Position numbers and translations under genes: made by a program. The notes beneath the pieces are model-generated. The model worked only from the letters and a program-made list of their open reading frames with translations, ran no database searches and was not told the origin of the DNA. Below are positions 48,737-62,639 of a DNA stretch of 64,000 bases, in pieces (within the stretch, counting starts at the first letter, position 1; each line of letters begins with the position of its first letter). The stretch lies in assembly GCF_030144855.1 (NCBI RefSeq), contig NC_082727.1, forward strand, positions 44,516,001 through 44,580,000. Reading direction: 5' to 3'. This DNA is from Hypanus sabinus. Its lineage: Eukaryota.

Positions 48737-51700
48737 ATAGAAACGTAGAAAATAGGTGCAGGAGTAAGCCATTCGGCCCTTCGAGCCTGCACCACCATTC
48801 AGTATGATCATGGCTGATCATTCAACTCAGAACCCTGTACCTGCTTTCTCTCCATACCCCCGATCCCTTTAGCCACAAGGGCCATATCTAACTTCCTCTT
48901 AAATATAGCCAATGAACCGGCCTCAACTGTTTCCTGTGGCAGAGAATTCCACAGATTCACCACTTTCTGTGTGAAGAAGTTTCTCTTCATCTTGGTCCTA
49001 AAAGGCTTCCCCTTTATCCTTAAACTGTGACCCCTCATTCTGGACTTCCCCAACATTGGAAACAATCTTCCTGCATCTAGCCTGTCCAATCCCTTTAGAA
49101 TTTTATACGTTTCAATAAGATCCCCCCTCAATCTTCTGAATTCCAGTGAGTATAAGCCGAGTTGATCCAATCTTTCTTCATATGAAAGTCCTGCCATCCC
49201 AGGAATCAATCTGGTGAATCTTGTCTGTACTCCCTCTATGGCAAGGATGTCTTTCCTCAGATTAGGGGACCAAAATTGCATACAATATTCTAGGTGCTGT
49301 CTCACCAAGGCCTTGTACAACTGCAGTAGAACTCCTTGCTCCTGTACTCAAATCCTTTTGCTATGAATGCCAACATACCATTTGCCTTTTTCACCGCCTG
49401 CTGTACCTGCATGCCCACCTTCAATGACTGGTGTACAATGACACCCAGGTCTCGTTGCATCTCCCCTTTTCCTAATTGGCCACCGTTCAGTTAATAATCT
49501 GTTTTCCTGTTCTTGCAACCGAAGTGGATAACCTCATATTTATCCACATGAATTTGCCCACTCACCTAACCTATCCAAGTCACCCTACATCCTCTTAGCA
49601 TCCTCCTCACAGCAAACACTGCAGCCCAGCTTTGTGTTATCCGCAAACTTGGAGATGCTGCATTTAATTCCCTCGTCTAAATCATTAATATATATTGTAA
49701 ACAACTGGGGTCCCAGCACTGAGCCTTGCGGTACCCCACTATTCACTGCCTACCATTCTGAAAAGGTCCCGTTTACTCCCACTCTTTGCTTCCTGTCTAC
49801 CAACCAATTCTCTATCCACATGAATAGCATACCCCCAATACTGTGTGCTTTAAGTTTGCACACTAATCTCCTGTGTGGGACCTTGTCAAAAGCCTTTTGA
49901 AAATCTAATATACCACATCCACTGGCTCTCCCCATCCACTCTACTAGTTACATCTTCAAAAAATTTTTATAAGATTCGTCAGACATGATTTTCCTTTCAC
50001 ATATCCATGCTGACTTTGTCTGATGATTTCACCTCTTTCCAAATGTGCTGTTATCACATCTTTGACAACCGACTCTAGCATTTTTCACACCACTGATGTC
50101 AGACTAACCAGTCTATAATTCCCCGGTTTTCCTCTCCCTCCTTTTTTAAAAAGTGGGGTTACATTAGTTCCTGAGGATTGGAGGGTGGCTAATCTAGAAT
50201 CTAAGGAGTTTTGTAAAATTATCACTAATGCATCCACTATTTCTTGGGCTACTTCCTTAAGCACTCTGGGATGCAGACCATCTGGCCCTGGGGATTTATC
50301 TGCCTTTAATCCCTTCAATTTACCTAACACCACTTCCCTACTAACATGTATTTCCATCAGTTCCTCCATCTCACTAGACCCTCAGTCCCTTACGATTTCT
50401 GGAAGATTATTTATCTCCTCCTTAGTGAAGACAGAACCAAAGTAGTTATTCAATTGGTCTGCCATGTCTTTGTTCCCTATGATCAATTCACCTGTTTCTG
50501 ACTGTAAAGGACCTACATTTGTCTTGACCAATCTTTTTCTTTTCATGTATCTATAAAAGCTTTTACAGTCAGTTTTTATGTTCCTTGCCAGTTTTCTCTC
50601 ATAATCTTTTATCCCTTTCCTAATTAAGCCCTTTGTCCTCCTCTGCTGGTCTCTGAATTTCTCCCAGTCCTCAGGTGTGCCACTTTTTTTTGCCAATTTA
50701 TATGTTTCTTCTTTGGACTTGATACTATCCCTAATTTCCCTTGTCAGCCGCGGGTGCACTACCTTACCTGGTTTATTCTTTTGCCAAACTGGGGTGAACA
50801 TTGTTGTAGTTCATCCATGCGATCTTTAAATGCTTGCCATTGCATATCCACTGTCAACCCTTTAAGTATCATTTGTCAGTCTACCTTAGCTAATACACGT
50901 CTCATACCTTCAAAGTTACCCTTTAAGTTCAGAATCTTTGTTTCTGACTTAACTATGTCACTCCCCATCTTAATGAAGAATTCCACCATATTATGGTCAC
51001 TCTTACCCAAGGGGCCTCGCACGACAAGATTGCTAACTAACCCTTCCTCATTGCTCAATACCCAATCTAGAATTACCTCTCTAGTTGGTTCCTCAACATG
51101 TTGGTTCAGAAAACCATCCAGCATACATTCCAAGAAATCCTCTTCCTCAGCACCCTAACCAATTTGGTTCACCCAATCTATATGTAGATTGAAGTCACCC
51201 ATTATAACTACTGTTCTTTTATAGCACACATTTCTAATTTCCTGTTTAATGCCATCCCCAACCTCACTACTACTGTTAGGTGGCCTGTACACAACTCCCA
51301 CCAGCGTTTTCTGCCCCTTAGTGTTATGCAGCTCTACCCATATTGATTCCACATCCTCCAGGCTAATGTCCTTCCTTTCTATTGTGTTAATCTCCTCTCT
51401 AACCAGCAATGCTACTCCACCTCCTTTTCTTTCCTGTGTGTCCCTCCTGAAGATTGAATATCCCTGGATGTTGAGCTCCCATCCTTGATCACCCTGGAGC
51501 CATGTCTCTGTGATCACAACTATATCATATTCATTAATAACTATCTGCACGTTCAATTCATCCACCTTGTTACGAATGCTCCTCGCATTGACACACAAAG
51601 CTTTCAGGCTTGTTTTTACAACACTCTTAGCCCTTATTCAATTATGTTGAAAAGTGGCTCTTTTTGCTTTTTGCCCTGGATTTGCCTGCCTGCCACTTTT

Positions 51701-52037
51701 ACTTTTCACCTTGCTACTTTTTGCTTCTACCCTCATTTTACACCCCTCTGACTCTCTGCACTTGTTCCCATCCCCCTGCCACATTAGCTTAAAGCCTCCT
51801 GAACAGCAGTAGCAAACGCTCCCCCTAAGACATTGGTTCCAGTCCAGCGCAAGTGCAGACCGTCCTGTTTATACCAGTCCCAGCTCCCCCAGAACTGGGT
51901 CCAATGCCCCAGAAATTTGAATCCCTCCCCCTTGCACCATTTTTCAAGCCATGTATTCATCTGAAATATCCTCCTGTTTCTACTCTGACTAGCACGTGGC
52001 ACTGGTAGTAATCCAGAGATTATTACCTTTGTGGTTC
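48737..52037 (-). mobile_element. CR1 LINE: ORF2 plus ORF1 esterase C-terminus, moderately decayed
   Basis: CVNARSIRNK..ITETWL..VYRPP..MGDFN; LGKSDHN; SPGPDGLHPRVLKE; DFQKAFDKVPH; C-terminus; ORF1 MNTWLEKWC..FLGHW..DGLHL; tail ACATAGAAACGTAG. Confidence 0.93.
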
Positions 52038-53559
52038 CCCACTAAACTGTGCACCATCATGACCAATATACCACGATCGGGTCTAGACCTGGCATTCTCC
52101 ACACCACGACACCAGGGGAGTATCTTCTCTAGAAGGAAAGCAAAGAATCACTTCACAGCCACCTTCTCAAAAATAAAGATCAGCCATAAATGCTGACCCT
52201 GCAGGTGGCAGCCAGATCCCAAAAATATATCCATTACAAATTAATTAACCAGACTGCAGGGAAACTGTTAGGCAGGGTGTAGGGAGAGGCTGTAGCAGGG
52301 TCATATAAAGGGCATTCCTGTCATGTTCTAAATAGAAAGAAAAGCCAGGTCAGAATTATAACAACACATCCAAAACAACGTCACTTCATAGTGGTTGCCA
52401 CAAAAATGCGTTTCTCTTTTTATTCTCTGAAAACATCTTGCAAATGACCTTCACAAATAAACAATCCCCTGGAGCGAAGCTACACTGATGGTCAATTTCA
52501 ACCCAAATTGCTACCTCTGTATCCAAGACAACTGCAATTTGTTTTTCTTAAGGAACATTTTTCACAGCAGGGAAATCTCAATGTTCAGCAAGCACCACAT
52601 GAAGGAAGACATATTATCATTTTGGAAAAAATTCAACATGTTTTATTACAAAATTATTTTATTATAACATCTGTTCCTTCAACTTCTAAACTGAAGCAAG
52701 TGATTTTAGTCACATTACTTGGATAACAATTAGCCTGCATCTAGGTATGGAGAGTTTAAAATTGTGGAGAGTTCAAAAATAATTTATTTATAAACACAGA
52801 ATGTAATGGAAGTGTTCACTCCCAGGAAGCGCATTCAGAGGGAACTTACAGTTCTTGCAAATCATGAGAGGATGGGGAATGGCAACAGAAACAAAGGGTC
52901 ACTCAACCCAGCAGACAGCATCATCTTTTTGCACATTATAGGAGATGAGAAAGACCATTTGGTCCCAAATCATCAAAACAGAAAAAACATTTGCATGCCT
53001 ACCATCACAGCAGCTAATAATTCCTTCAGCAGCTCCAGAATTTTTGTTTTACAACCTGACACAGAACCTTATTCCAAGTGATATTCAAACACTGTGATAC
53101 AAATTTTACATCTGTTTTGAATAGTCTTCATTTTGCCTCATTAATACTCAATCATGATTCATTGCCTTGTTGTTACCAAATTAGATGTTCTTTTGCATCT
53201 CAATAGGAGCATTATATGGGCACAGCAACAGAATATCAATGGTCCATATCAGATACTGATTTGCCCATGCCAAACTTCAAATGGGCTCAAGGATAGTGGG
53301 ATGTGTTATGTTATTTCAGCTGGCCTATAGTCGGAACACTGAGTTCAGGATGGATGAGAACCTCAGGTCAATCAGACCAGTACTGAAGCCAACTGCATGG
53401 ACTTCAGGAGGATGCTCATTGGGAGGAAAAAAATCAGGATTATAGTACTCATACTTGGGTGGAGCGGTGGGGAGAAGACCAGGTTACCAAAATTTTGGAT
53501 GACATTGTGGGGAGGAAGCCTGGGGGGGGGGGCAGAAAATTTGTACACAGTGACAGAGA

Positions 53560-56500
53560 TTTCTATGGTAAGGGTTGTAACATGGATAACCAGTAAGCTG
53601 ATCTGGATATTAGAAGATTTTAGGTGGGGTTTTAGGGACTGGAATACTAACTGCAGTTGAGATGATGGGGAGTGGGGAACAGAGATACTAACTGCGGATT
53701 AGATGGGAAGGACTGGGATCCTGCTGTGGTTTGATGAAGGGATGTAGGGACTGGGATACCTATTGTGATTTGATCTCTTTCAAAATGGCGCCAGTGTACA
53801 TCTTTTCTCTCTTTCCGCTTAAATCGATTCCTTTTGAACTACAACGTTATCTGCAGCATAAATTTTCTCTCAACATTATACTATGAAATCACAATGATAT
53901 TCAGACCTCAAGCTCAACGGTTAAATGTGGAGTTAAGCGCAGCTCCTTTAAGGGTTCAACACCATTGTTGAAAACGTGGCAGGACAGGTGGAATTCAAAC
54001 CAGGCTGAAATGCAGAGGGTTGAGGCCTCCTCTACCAAGCACCTTGTTGGCGACTGTACAGTCACTTGCAAGTAAGATTGATGATCTTCGAGCAAGGCTG
54101 CTGTGTCAGAGACAGATGAGGCAGATCTCAATTGTTGCTCTGGAACTTGGTTAGGTGTAGATACACCAGATGCAGTGATACGACCAGAAGGTTTTACGAT
54201 GTTCAAAATGGGTCAAACCTCGAACTATGGTAAGGAAAAAGGTGGCAGCGTATGCTCTTCAGTCCATTCACATTGGTGCATGAACGTCAGGGTTATGTCA
54301 ACTTCTTGTTTCCCCACTATTGATTAAATGTAGACCATTCCATTTGCCTTGGGATTTCTCATCCATGATCCTGACTGCAGTTTACATACCACCAGCGGCT
54401 GATTATAAGCAAGCATTCACGGAACTGCACAATGCTGTCTGTAAACAAGAAATGACTCATTCTAGCACACTTCAACTTACAGTCGGCGACTTTAGCCAGG
54501 TCTGTTTGAAGAAAACCCTGCCCAATTATCAACTGCACGTAATTTATTACACCAACACACTGGACCACTGCTACACTATGATAAGGAAAGCCTATTGCAT
54601 TTTGGTTAGTCAGATCATCTGGCTGTACTGCTACTACCTGCATACAGACAGAGCCAAAATATCAAGGCTCCAGAGATCAAGTCAGATAAGAGGTGGTCAA
54701 GAAAGGCTGAGGAATGGTTACAGGATTGTCTTGATTCAGTGGACTGGACTGTGCTCAAGAACTCATCCTGAGGACCTGAATGACTACACCAGGGTTGTTA
54801 CAGACTTTATTAAAACAGCTGTGAATGAGCGTGTCCCCATGAAATCATTCAGGATTTTCCCCAATCAGAAGCCCTGGATGAACAATGAAATCCAGAACAT
54901 GCTGAGAGCTAGATCAGAGGCATTCAAGTATGGAGATCAAAAATGCTACAAGATGTTTAGGTTTGATCTCTGGAAAGCCATCTCTTGTGCGAAGTGGAGA
55001 TTCCAGACTAGACTGAAGTCAATGAGGGATGCTTAATAGCTGTGGCACAGGTTGAATGCCATAACCTCCTACAAAGTTATATCTTATGACATAGGGGACC
55101 GCAGAACTTCACTTCCAGATGAGCTCAATGCCTTCTTTGCTTTCTTTGACCATCAGTACAGGGAGGAACCATTGCGCACCCTCCAAGCCTCCTGATGATC
55201 TTTTGGTCTCAGTATCTGAAGATGATGTGTGGGCTGCCTTCAAGAGAGTGAATCCAAGGAAAGCATCAGGTCTATACAGAGTACCTGGCCGAGTACGGAA
55301 GACCTACGCTGACCAGCTGGCTGGTGTATTCATGGATATCTTCGGCTTCTCGCTCTGGCAGTGTATGGTTCCCACCTGCTTCAAGAAGGCTTCAGTTGTA
55401 CCGGTGCCCAAGATGAGCATGGTATCCTGTCTAAATGACTATCGCCCAATAGCACGTACATCCACAATGATGAAGAGGTTTGAGAGGCTGGCATTGAAGC
55501 ATATCAACTCCGTCTGAATGGTGACTTTGATCGTCTCCAATTTGCCTATCAAAGCAACAGGTCTACAGCAGATGCTATCTCATTGGCTCTTCACCCAACC
55601 CTGGAACACCTCAACAACAAAGATACATGCATCAGGATGTTCTTTAATGATTACAGCTCAGCATTTAACACCATCGTCTCCTCAAAACTAATCAGTAAAC
55701 TCCAACACCTGGGTCTCAATGTCCCCTTGTGCAATTGGATCCTGGATTTCCTCACTTGCAGACCCCAGTCAGTTCAGATCAGCAAAAACATCTCCTCCAT
55801 AATCTCCATCAGCACAAGAGCACTGCAGAGATGTGTATTTTGCCCCCAGTTTACTCTTTTTATACCTATGACTGTGTGGCTAAGTACAGCTCCAGCACCA
55901 TATACATGTTTGCTGATGACACTACTGTTGTGGTCTGTATCAACGGCGGTGATCATTCAGCATACAAGAGGGGGATTGAAAATTTTGCTGATTGGTGTAA
56001 TAGCAACAACCTCTCATTCAATGTCAATAAAACCAAAGGATTGATAGTAGACCATGGGAGGGAAACCATGAGCAAGTAATCACCAGAGGATCAGAGGTGG
56101 AGAGGGTCAGTAGCTTTAAATTCCTGGATGTCACTATCTCAGAGAACCCATCCTGGACCCATCATATAAATATTATTGTGAAGAAAGCACAACAATGTCT
56201 CTACTTCTTCAGGCATCTGCGAAGGTTTGGCATGACATCAAAAACCTGGGCAAACTTCAATAGAAAGTCTGCAGATGCTGTGTGTATTGCTCAGACTTCT
56301 ATAGATGTGTGGTGGAAAGTGTGCTGACTGGCTGCATTACAGCCTGATATGACAACACCAATTGCTTTGAACAGCAAATCCTACAAAAGGTAATGGATTC
56401 AGTCCAGTACATCATGGGTAAAGCTTTCCTGACCATTGAGCACATCTACATGAAAGATTGCCATTGAAAAGCAGCATTCATCATCAAAGACCCTCACCAA

Positions 56501-57020
56501 CCAGGCCATGCACATTTCTTGCTGCTGCCATCAGGTAGAAGGTACAGGTGCCTCAGGACTCGCACCACCTGGTTCAAGAACAATTACTACCCCTCAAACA
56601 TCGAGCTCTTGAACAAAAGGTGATAGCTACACTTATTTAAAAACTCTTTTATATTGTTATTTTATGCTCATTATTTATTGTTATTTATTTATATCTACAT
56701 TTGCACAGTTTGTTTACAGTGCCTGATGTTAACAATTTACAGTTACTGTTCTATAAATTTGCTAAGTATGCCCGCAGAAAAAGAATCCCAGGGTTGTATG
56801 TGGTGAGATGTATGTACTCTGATAATAAATTTTACTTTGAACTTTGGATGGTGAAGAATGAGTTTAGGGTATGGCTGATGAGTTTGAAATGTCAACTGTG
56901 GTTGAGTTGGTGAGTCGTGGGGATCAGGATATCAACTGGAGTTGAGTTCAGTTGGTGGGGATTGCGATACTAGCTGCATTGAGGGGAGGATATCATTGCC
57001 GGTACTGAGGATGTGATGGG
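53560..57020. repeat. Degenerate G-rich minisatellite (~35-40 bp unit) split by a Rex1 insertion
   Basis: Units like GGGACTGGAATACTAACTGCAGTTGAG occur at 53635-53772 and GGGGATCAGGATATCAACTGGAGTTGAG at 56890-56985. Confidence 0.55.
53775..56846 (+). mobile_element. Full-length-like decayed Rex1/Babar LINE
   Basis: 5' CAAAATGGCGCC; IKCRPFHLP..TAVYIPP..VGDFSQ; FPNQKPWMN; CLNDYRPIARTS; DYSSAFNTI; MFADDT; tail TACTTTGAACTTT. Confidence 0.92.
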
Positions 57021-57087
57021 GGAGATGTTCCCAAAGGATAAAGGTAAGATATTGACGTGCCTGACACCATCCCAGTCCTGGAAACTA

Positions 57088-57373
57088 GGTTGGCATGGCG
57101 ATGTAGTGGTTAACACCATCTCTTACAGTACTTGCGACACAGGTTCAATTCCCGCTATTGCCTGTAAGGTTGTACCTTTTTCCCTTGACTATGTGGGTTT
57201 CCTCCATGTGCTCCGGTTTCCTCTTACAATTCAAAGACATACTGATTGGTAGGTTAATTGGCTATTGTAAGTTGTCCTGTGATTAGGCCTGGGTTAAATC
57301 GGGGATCACTAGGTGGTGCAGCTTGAAGGGTTAGAATGACCTATTCTGCACTCTATCTCAATAAATCAATAAA
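57088..57373 (+). mobile_element. tRNA-derived SINE (HE1-like)
   Basis: A box TGGCGATGTAGTGG, B box GGTTCAATTCC, core GTGGGTTTCCTCC..GTGCTCCGGTTTCCTC, tail AATAAATCAATAAA. Confidence 0.85.
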
Positions 57374-57899
57374 CACTCTGTGTTGATTTAAAGTTCAAAG
57401 TAATTTTATTATCAAAGTGCATATATATCACCATACATTACCCTAAGAGTCAGAAGTGCCCATTGACCACATTGGCCAACATGGTGTAAAAGGACCATAC
57501 CATGGGGGTTCATGTCATCTGAAATGGTCCTGATGCTGGGATCATGTCAGGCGTGCAAAGATTAAGCACTCCTAGAGGCAACCAGAGAAATGAAATGATC
57601 TGCTACTTCATGTTTTTCTAGCAAATCAGCACCATCATTGCTTTCAGATTCAAAGGCAAGGCCATAGTTGCTCTTGATTCAAAATATCGAATCCAGGCTT
57701 TGTAGCAAAGCAGGGAATCTTCAATGAATTTTGCATTCATGAGTTCACAGTAATTTCCTTCCAGGAGAGCTCTTTGCACAAGTATTCTGCTTCTGCATGC
57801 ATTTTTCTTCAGAGGCATATGCAGGTAAACTCTACTGCACCCTTCCACCCTCCTCCCATCACTTTAGCGGTCATTCCTTATCAGAACTCATGTGTAGTT

Positions 57900-58700
57900 G
57901 GAAATGTGTTGGTTGTTTTATGCTGTGACTCTGTAATGGCTGGCTTTTGAGGTTAGAATATGAGGAAAGGTATAACCAATGCAGGAATTTGATCCCTGTA
58001 CATTTACTGTCCTTGTTGCAGAGAATCTGTTGGTGTTGCTTTGCAACTGGTTTGAAGAAATGGCATAAATCTTTTTAAATTTTTCAAACAACTCTAAGTA
58101 GATGGCTAATTTAGGACCTTCCTCCATCAACTCTTTGTTTCCATGTTCCAACTACTCTTTGTGAACAAAATTTCCTGTGATTTCACGTAAGCCTCTTATT
58201 TTTCTCCTTACACCCATGCCCGCTTGTTTGACAAATGCACACCATTGGAAAATGATTCTTATGATCTACCAATCTATCACACTCATAATTTTGTATGTCT
58301 CTTTTGGGTCAACCCATTGCCTCTTTCTCTCCAGGAAAAACAATCCCCACCTGTCCAATCTCTCCTTATAACTGAAACGACAGTCCAAGCAAAATCCTGC
58401 TGAGCCTCCTCAGTATCTTTTTCAGTGTAATTATATCTTTCCTATAGCATGTGACCTGAACTTCAAGTGTGGAATGTCCAGGTTATTCATCAACACCTCT
58501 GGGGTCCTATCATTTTTTGTGAATCTCTTATCTTCCAGAATATATATTTGGCCTTCCAGAATGTATCATTTCATACTTCAAAGATTAAATTCCATCTGGA
58601 TTGCACTGCCCAGCTTTCCAGCTGATCAATATCAAGCCTTTGATAATCCTCCTCACTATCTCAAACACCATAATTTTTTCTGTCATTGCCATGAGCAAGA
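57900..58700 (-). mobile_element. Ancient CR1 3' relic
   Basis: Remnants such as CTTTCTCTCCAGGAAAAACAATCCCCACCTGTCCAATCTCTCCTTATAAC (YKERLDRWGLFFLE) and ATTAAATTCCATCTG (QMEFN). Confidence 0.6.
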
Positions 58701-58979
58701 CTGTGTATTTTTTCATTTCAAGTTATTATTTTCCGTATTCTTTGTCATTATTAGATCAGATAACTTAATCAGCAGAACTTAAATTCCCTTCAGATGTCTT
58801 GATAAGTTTGGAACTTATATCTAAATTGTAAGTTTTGTTTTTTGTATAATTATTTTGATAATTTAAACATTGCACATCTGTTCTATTTCCAAAGCCTGAA
58901 AATAGCAATGTTACAACACAAAAGGTCAACAGCTGATTAATCGGCTCTTCACTCAGCTCTGTAACATCAGGATAATGAA

Positions 58980-60220
58980 AATACATACATCAGGATGCTC
59001 TTCATTGACTACTCCTCAGCATTCAATGCTATCATCCCCTCAAAACTAATCAACAAGCTTCAAGACCTAGGCCTTAATAACTTTTTCTGCAACTGGAGCC
59101 TCAATTTCCTCACTTGCAGATCCCAGTCTTTATGGATTGGCAATAACATTTCCTCCACAATCTCCCTCAGCACAGGTGCATCACAAGTCTGTGTGCTTAT
59201 CCTTCTGCTCTACTCACTTAATACTTATGAATGTGAAGCTAAGCAGAGCTCTAATGCCACATACAAATTTGCCAGCAACCCCACGCCCGTTGGCTGAAAC
59301 AAAGTTGTGACAAATCAATACATAGGAAGGAGATTGAAAATCCGGCCGAACGACGTCATGACAGCAAACTCTTATCAGCAAGACCAAGGAGATGATTATT
59401 GCCTTCAGGGGGAGGAAACTGGAAGTCCATGAGCCAGTTCTCACTGGGGGATCAGAGCTGGAGAGGGTCAGCAACTATAAATTCCTTGGTGTTATCATTT
59501 CAGAGAACCCATCCTGGGCCCAGCACATAAGTGCTATTACAAAGAAAGCACGGCAGTGTCTCTACCTAGAGGTCTGTGAAGATTCGGCGTGATATCTAAA
59601 ATTTTGACAAACTTTTTTAGATGTGTGGTGGACAGCATGTTGACTGGTATGGAAACACCAATATCCTTATACAGAAAAACCTATGGCGAAATCTATCACA
59701 GGTAAGGCCGCCCCCCCCCCCCCAATCACTCACATCTATACAAAGCACTGTTGCAGGAAAGCAGCATCCATCATCAGGGACCCCCACCATCTAGGCCATG
59801 CTCCCATCTCACTGCTGCCATTAGGAAGGAGGTACAGGAGTCTTAGATCCCACACCACCAGCTTCGGTAACAGCCATTACCCTCAAACATCACGCACTTG
59901 ATCTAGAAGGGCTTCACTCACCCCATCGCTGAACTGTTCCCACAACCTATGGATCCACTCTTCATCTCATATTCTCAATATTTATTGCTTATTATTTATT
60001 ATTATTATTTCTTTTTCCTTCACTTTTTGTATTCGCAAAGTTTGTTTTTTTGCACATTGGTTATTGTCCATCTTGTTGAGTGCGGTCTTTCATTGATTCT
60101 ATTGTGCGTCTTGTATTGACTGTGATTGCCCTCAAGAAACTGAATCGCAGAGTTGTACAGTATATGCTGGTATATAAGTATTTTGATAATAAATTTACTT
60201 AAAACTTTGAATTTTGAACT
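58980..60220 (+). mobile_element. 5'-truncated Rex1/Babar LINE
   Basis: [18 protein letters not shown]; KFLGVIISE; KKARQCLY; tail TTTGATAATAAATTTAC..TTTGAATTTTGAAC. Confidence 0.9.
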
Positions 60221-61788
60221 CCAGTTCTAATGCAGTAGCGCTCTTTGTAATTGAAATTCTTAGCAACTGATTTAAGGATATCATAATGGCAGATAAACAT
60301 TGACCTACAGGGAAATAATGTTAAATGAAATGTTGAAATCAATCACCCACAAGCGGTGAAGCAAACGTTCCTCCCACACCTTGGTCTTACTGTTGTCAGC
60401 TTGCACGAAGCTGTTGGAATTGCCTTCTTCTTTCAGCTGTCTTCACTACAACCTCCTCTCATTGCTCCATCTTCCAACAGGTTGGCTCAAACTGTGTGCC
60501 CTCTGCTCATTCCCTGACTTATGTTGTATTCAAAAAGCAATGCAGCTACACTTCAAATTTCATTTTTAGTGTCTAGTTAATGTTGGCAAGACAAAAAATA
60601 TTTTCCGGTTCCTAACTGGTGATGAGCCATCTTCTTGAACCTCTGGAAGCCTTCTGTTGAAAGCACTTCTACATTGTTGCTGGACCAGAAGTCCAAGATT
60701 TAGATCCAGAGATGATGAAAGACCAGCAATATATTTCCAAGGCATGATAGAGCACAACCCAGGGGTATTTGTCAGTTATCATTATTCTTGTGGTAGTAGA
60801 GATAATTTGTTTGGAAAATGCTAAGGTCTTTGCATCTCTTACCATACATACATTGTACATATGGACTGCATATCTCATATAATTTCAATGGATGCTTACT
60901 AATGCCTTTCTTTCTTCCGGACTAAACCACATATAACACGATAGAGAGAACACAATAGAGAGCAGCTCACAGCACAGTCAAATTTCACACATCTTGATCA
61001 AATTGTTTGCAGCTTTAGCCATGTTGGTCCCTGGGCTGATTTTCCAGTTCAGTGCTTCTGTCCTACCACATAGACTGTTTCAAATTTCTTATCAAAGCAT
61101 ATATATGTCACCATATACAACCATGAGATTCATTTTTTGTGAGCATGCTCAATAAATCCATGATAGAATAATAACCTTCTCTCTCTGCAACGTCCCAATC
61201 CAGAAGCTTCTGCTGTACTTCAGCCGGTAAAATCCCTCTATATTGCTACATCACCTGCAGTCTTCACACTATAATTCTCCTTTTTGGGTTCTTAGCCTTC
61301 ATCTTCCATAAAACCCAAACACGTGCTGGATACATTCTGTCCTGGCTAAAACTTGCTCGATAATGTGTGAAATTTGCTCGACCATGGAAGAACATAGCAA
61401 GAAGTTCAAGCTCACGTTTATTATCATTCAACTGTAAACATGCACACCCCCAAACAAAACAATGTTCCTCTGGTCCAAGGTGCACAGCATTGTATATATA
61501 ACTCGCACAACACTAATGTAATATTACCATAAATAAACTGATTAATAATAAAATATACAATTCAGAAGAATATAAGTTTGTTTAACAATCTGAAACAATT
61601 CTTGCTCATCGTTAAAATATTAGTAATAACTTGTGGAGCAAACTTGATAGGCCAAATTGCCTAATTCTTCTGACGTATCTTTTGGTCTAATATCTGATTC
61701 AAATCGTTTTCAGCATTCCCATCTCAAGGCTTTAAATATTCACCCACCTCTTCTAACCTCCTTGGGATCTTGCAGCATCCATCATTTT

Positions 61789-62340
61789 CCATAAGATATA
61801 GGAGCAGAATTAGGCCATTCAGCCCAACGAGTCTGCTCCACCATTCCATCATAGCTAATCGCACTCAACCCCATACACCTACCTTCTTGCCATAACCTTT
61901 GGTACCCCAACCAATCAGTAAACCATCAAGTTTTGCTTTAACTATACCTACAGTCTTGGTCTCCACAGCTGTATGTGGCAGAACATTCCACAGATTCACT
62001 GCTCTCTGGCTAAAAACAAATTCCTCCTTAACTCTGTTCTAAAGAGTTGCCCTTCAATTTTGAGGTTGTGCCCTCTAGTTCTGGATACCCCCACCATACA
62101 GAGCATCCTCGCCACATCCATCTTGTCTAGTCCTTTCAACATTTGGTAGGTTTCAATGAGATCCCCAAGCATTCTTCTAAATTCCAGCAAGTACAGGCCC
62201 AAAGCTGCAAAACACTCCTCGTATGTTAATCCCTTCATTTCCAGAATCATCCTCGTGAACCTCCTCTGGACTCTCTCAATGATAACACATCCTTTCTGAA
62301 ATATAGGGCTCAAAACTGTTGACAATACTCCAAGTGCGGT
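61789..62340 (-). mobile_element. CR1 3' fragment
   Basis: IERVQRRFTRMI..LGLYLLEFRR..GDLIETY..RTRGHNLK; tail CCATAAGATATAGGAGCAG. Confidence 0.9.
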
Positions 62341-62639
62341 TCTCCTTCTAACCCTTCTCAGGAATGGTCCTTTCCTCAGGGTTGGGGAATCAAATACATC
62401 TCCATTCTTAGCTCCAGGAGAGAGATCAATTGCCTGAAGTCTATTCTCCATGTCCCCCACTTCTGAGAAAATAGTGAGGAAGGCTGAAATAGACAAAAAG
62501 AGAACATACTGCATACATGGACCTATCTGGCTGAACTTTCAAACGCTGGAGTAATTTTTTCCAGGTTCAGTGTTTGTCCTCTTTGAGCTAATCTATGAAG
62601 CTGTCAGATATTTTATTTTATATGGAACTGCTGAATATT

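Noticed and set aside
52806-53081. 91-aa ATG ORF in non-repetitive sequence
   Set aside because: No recognisable domain or convincing exon structure; length is compatible with chance.
53560-53775. Repeat-spacer pattern as a CRISPR-like array
   Set aside because: Vertebrate context, highly degenerate units, no cas genes; it is a minisatellite.
57088-57160. tRNA genes at the SINE heads (also 22912, 62640)
   Set aside because: A and B boxes are followed by SINE core and tail, and no cloverleaf forms.
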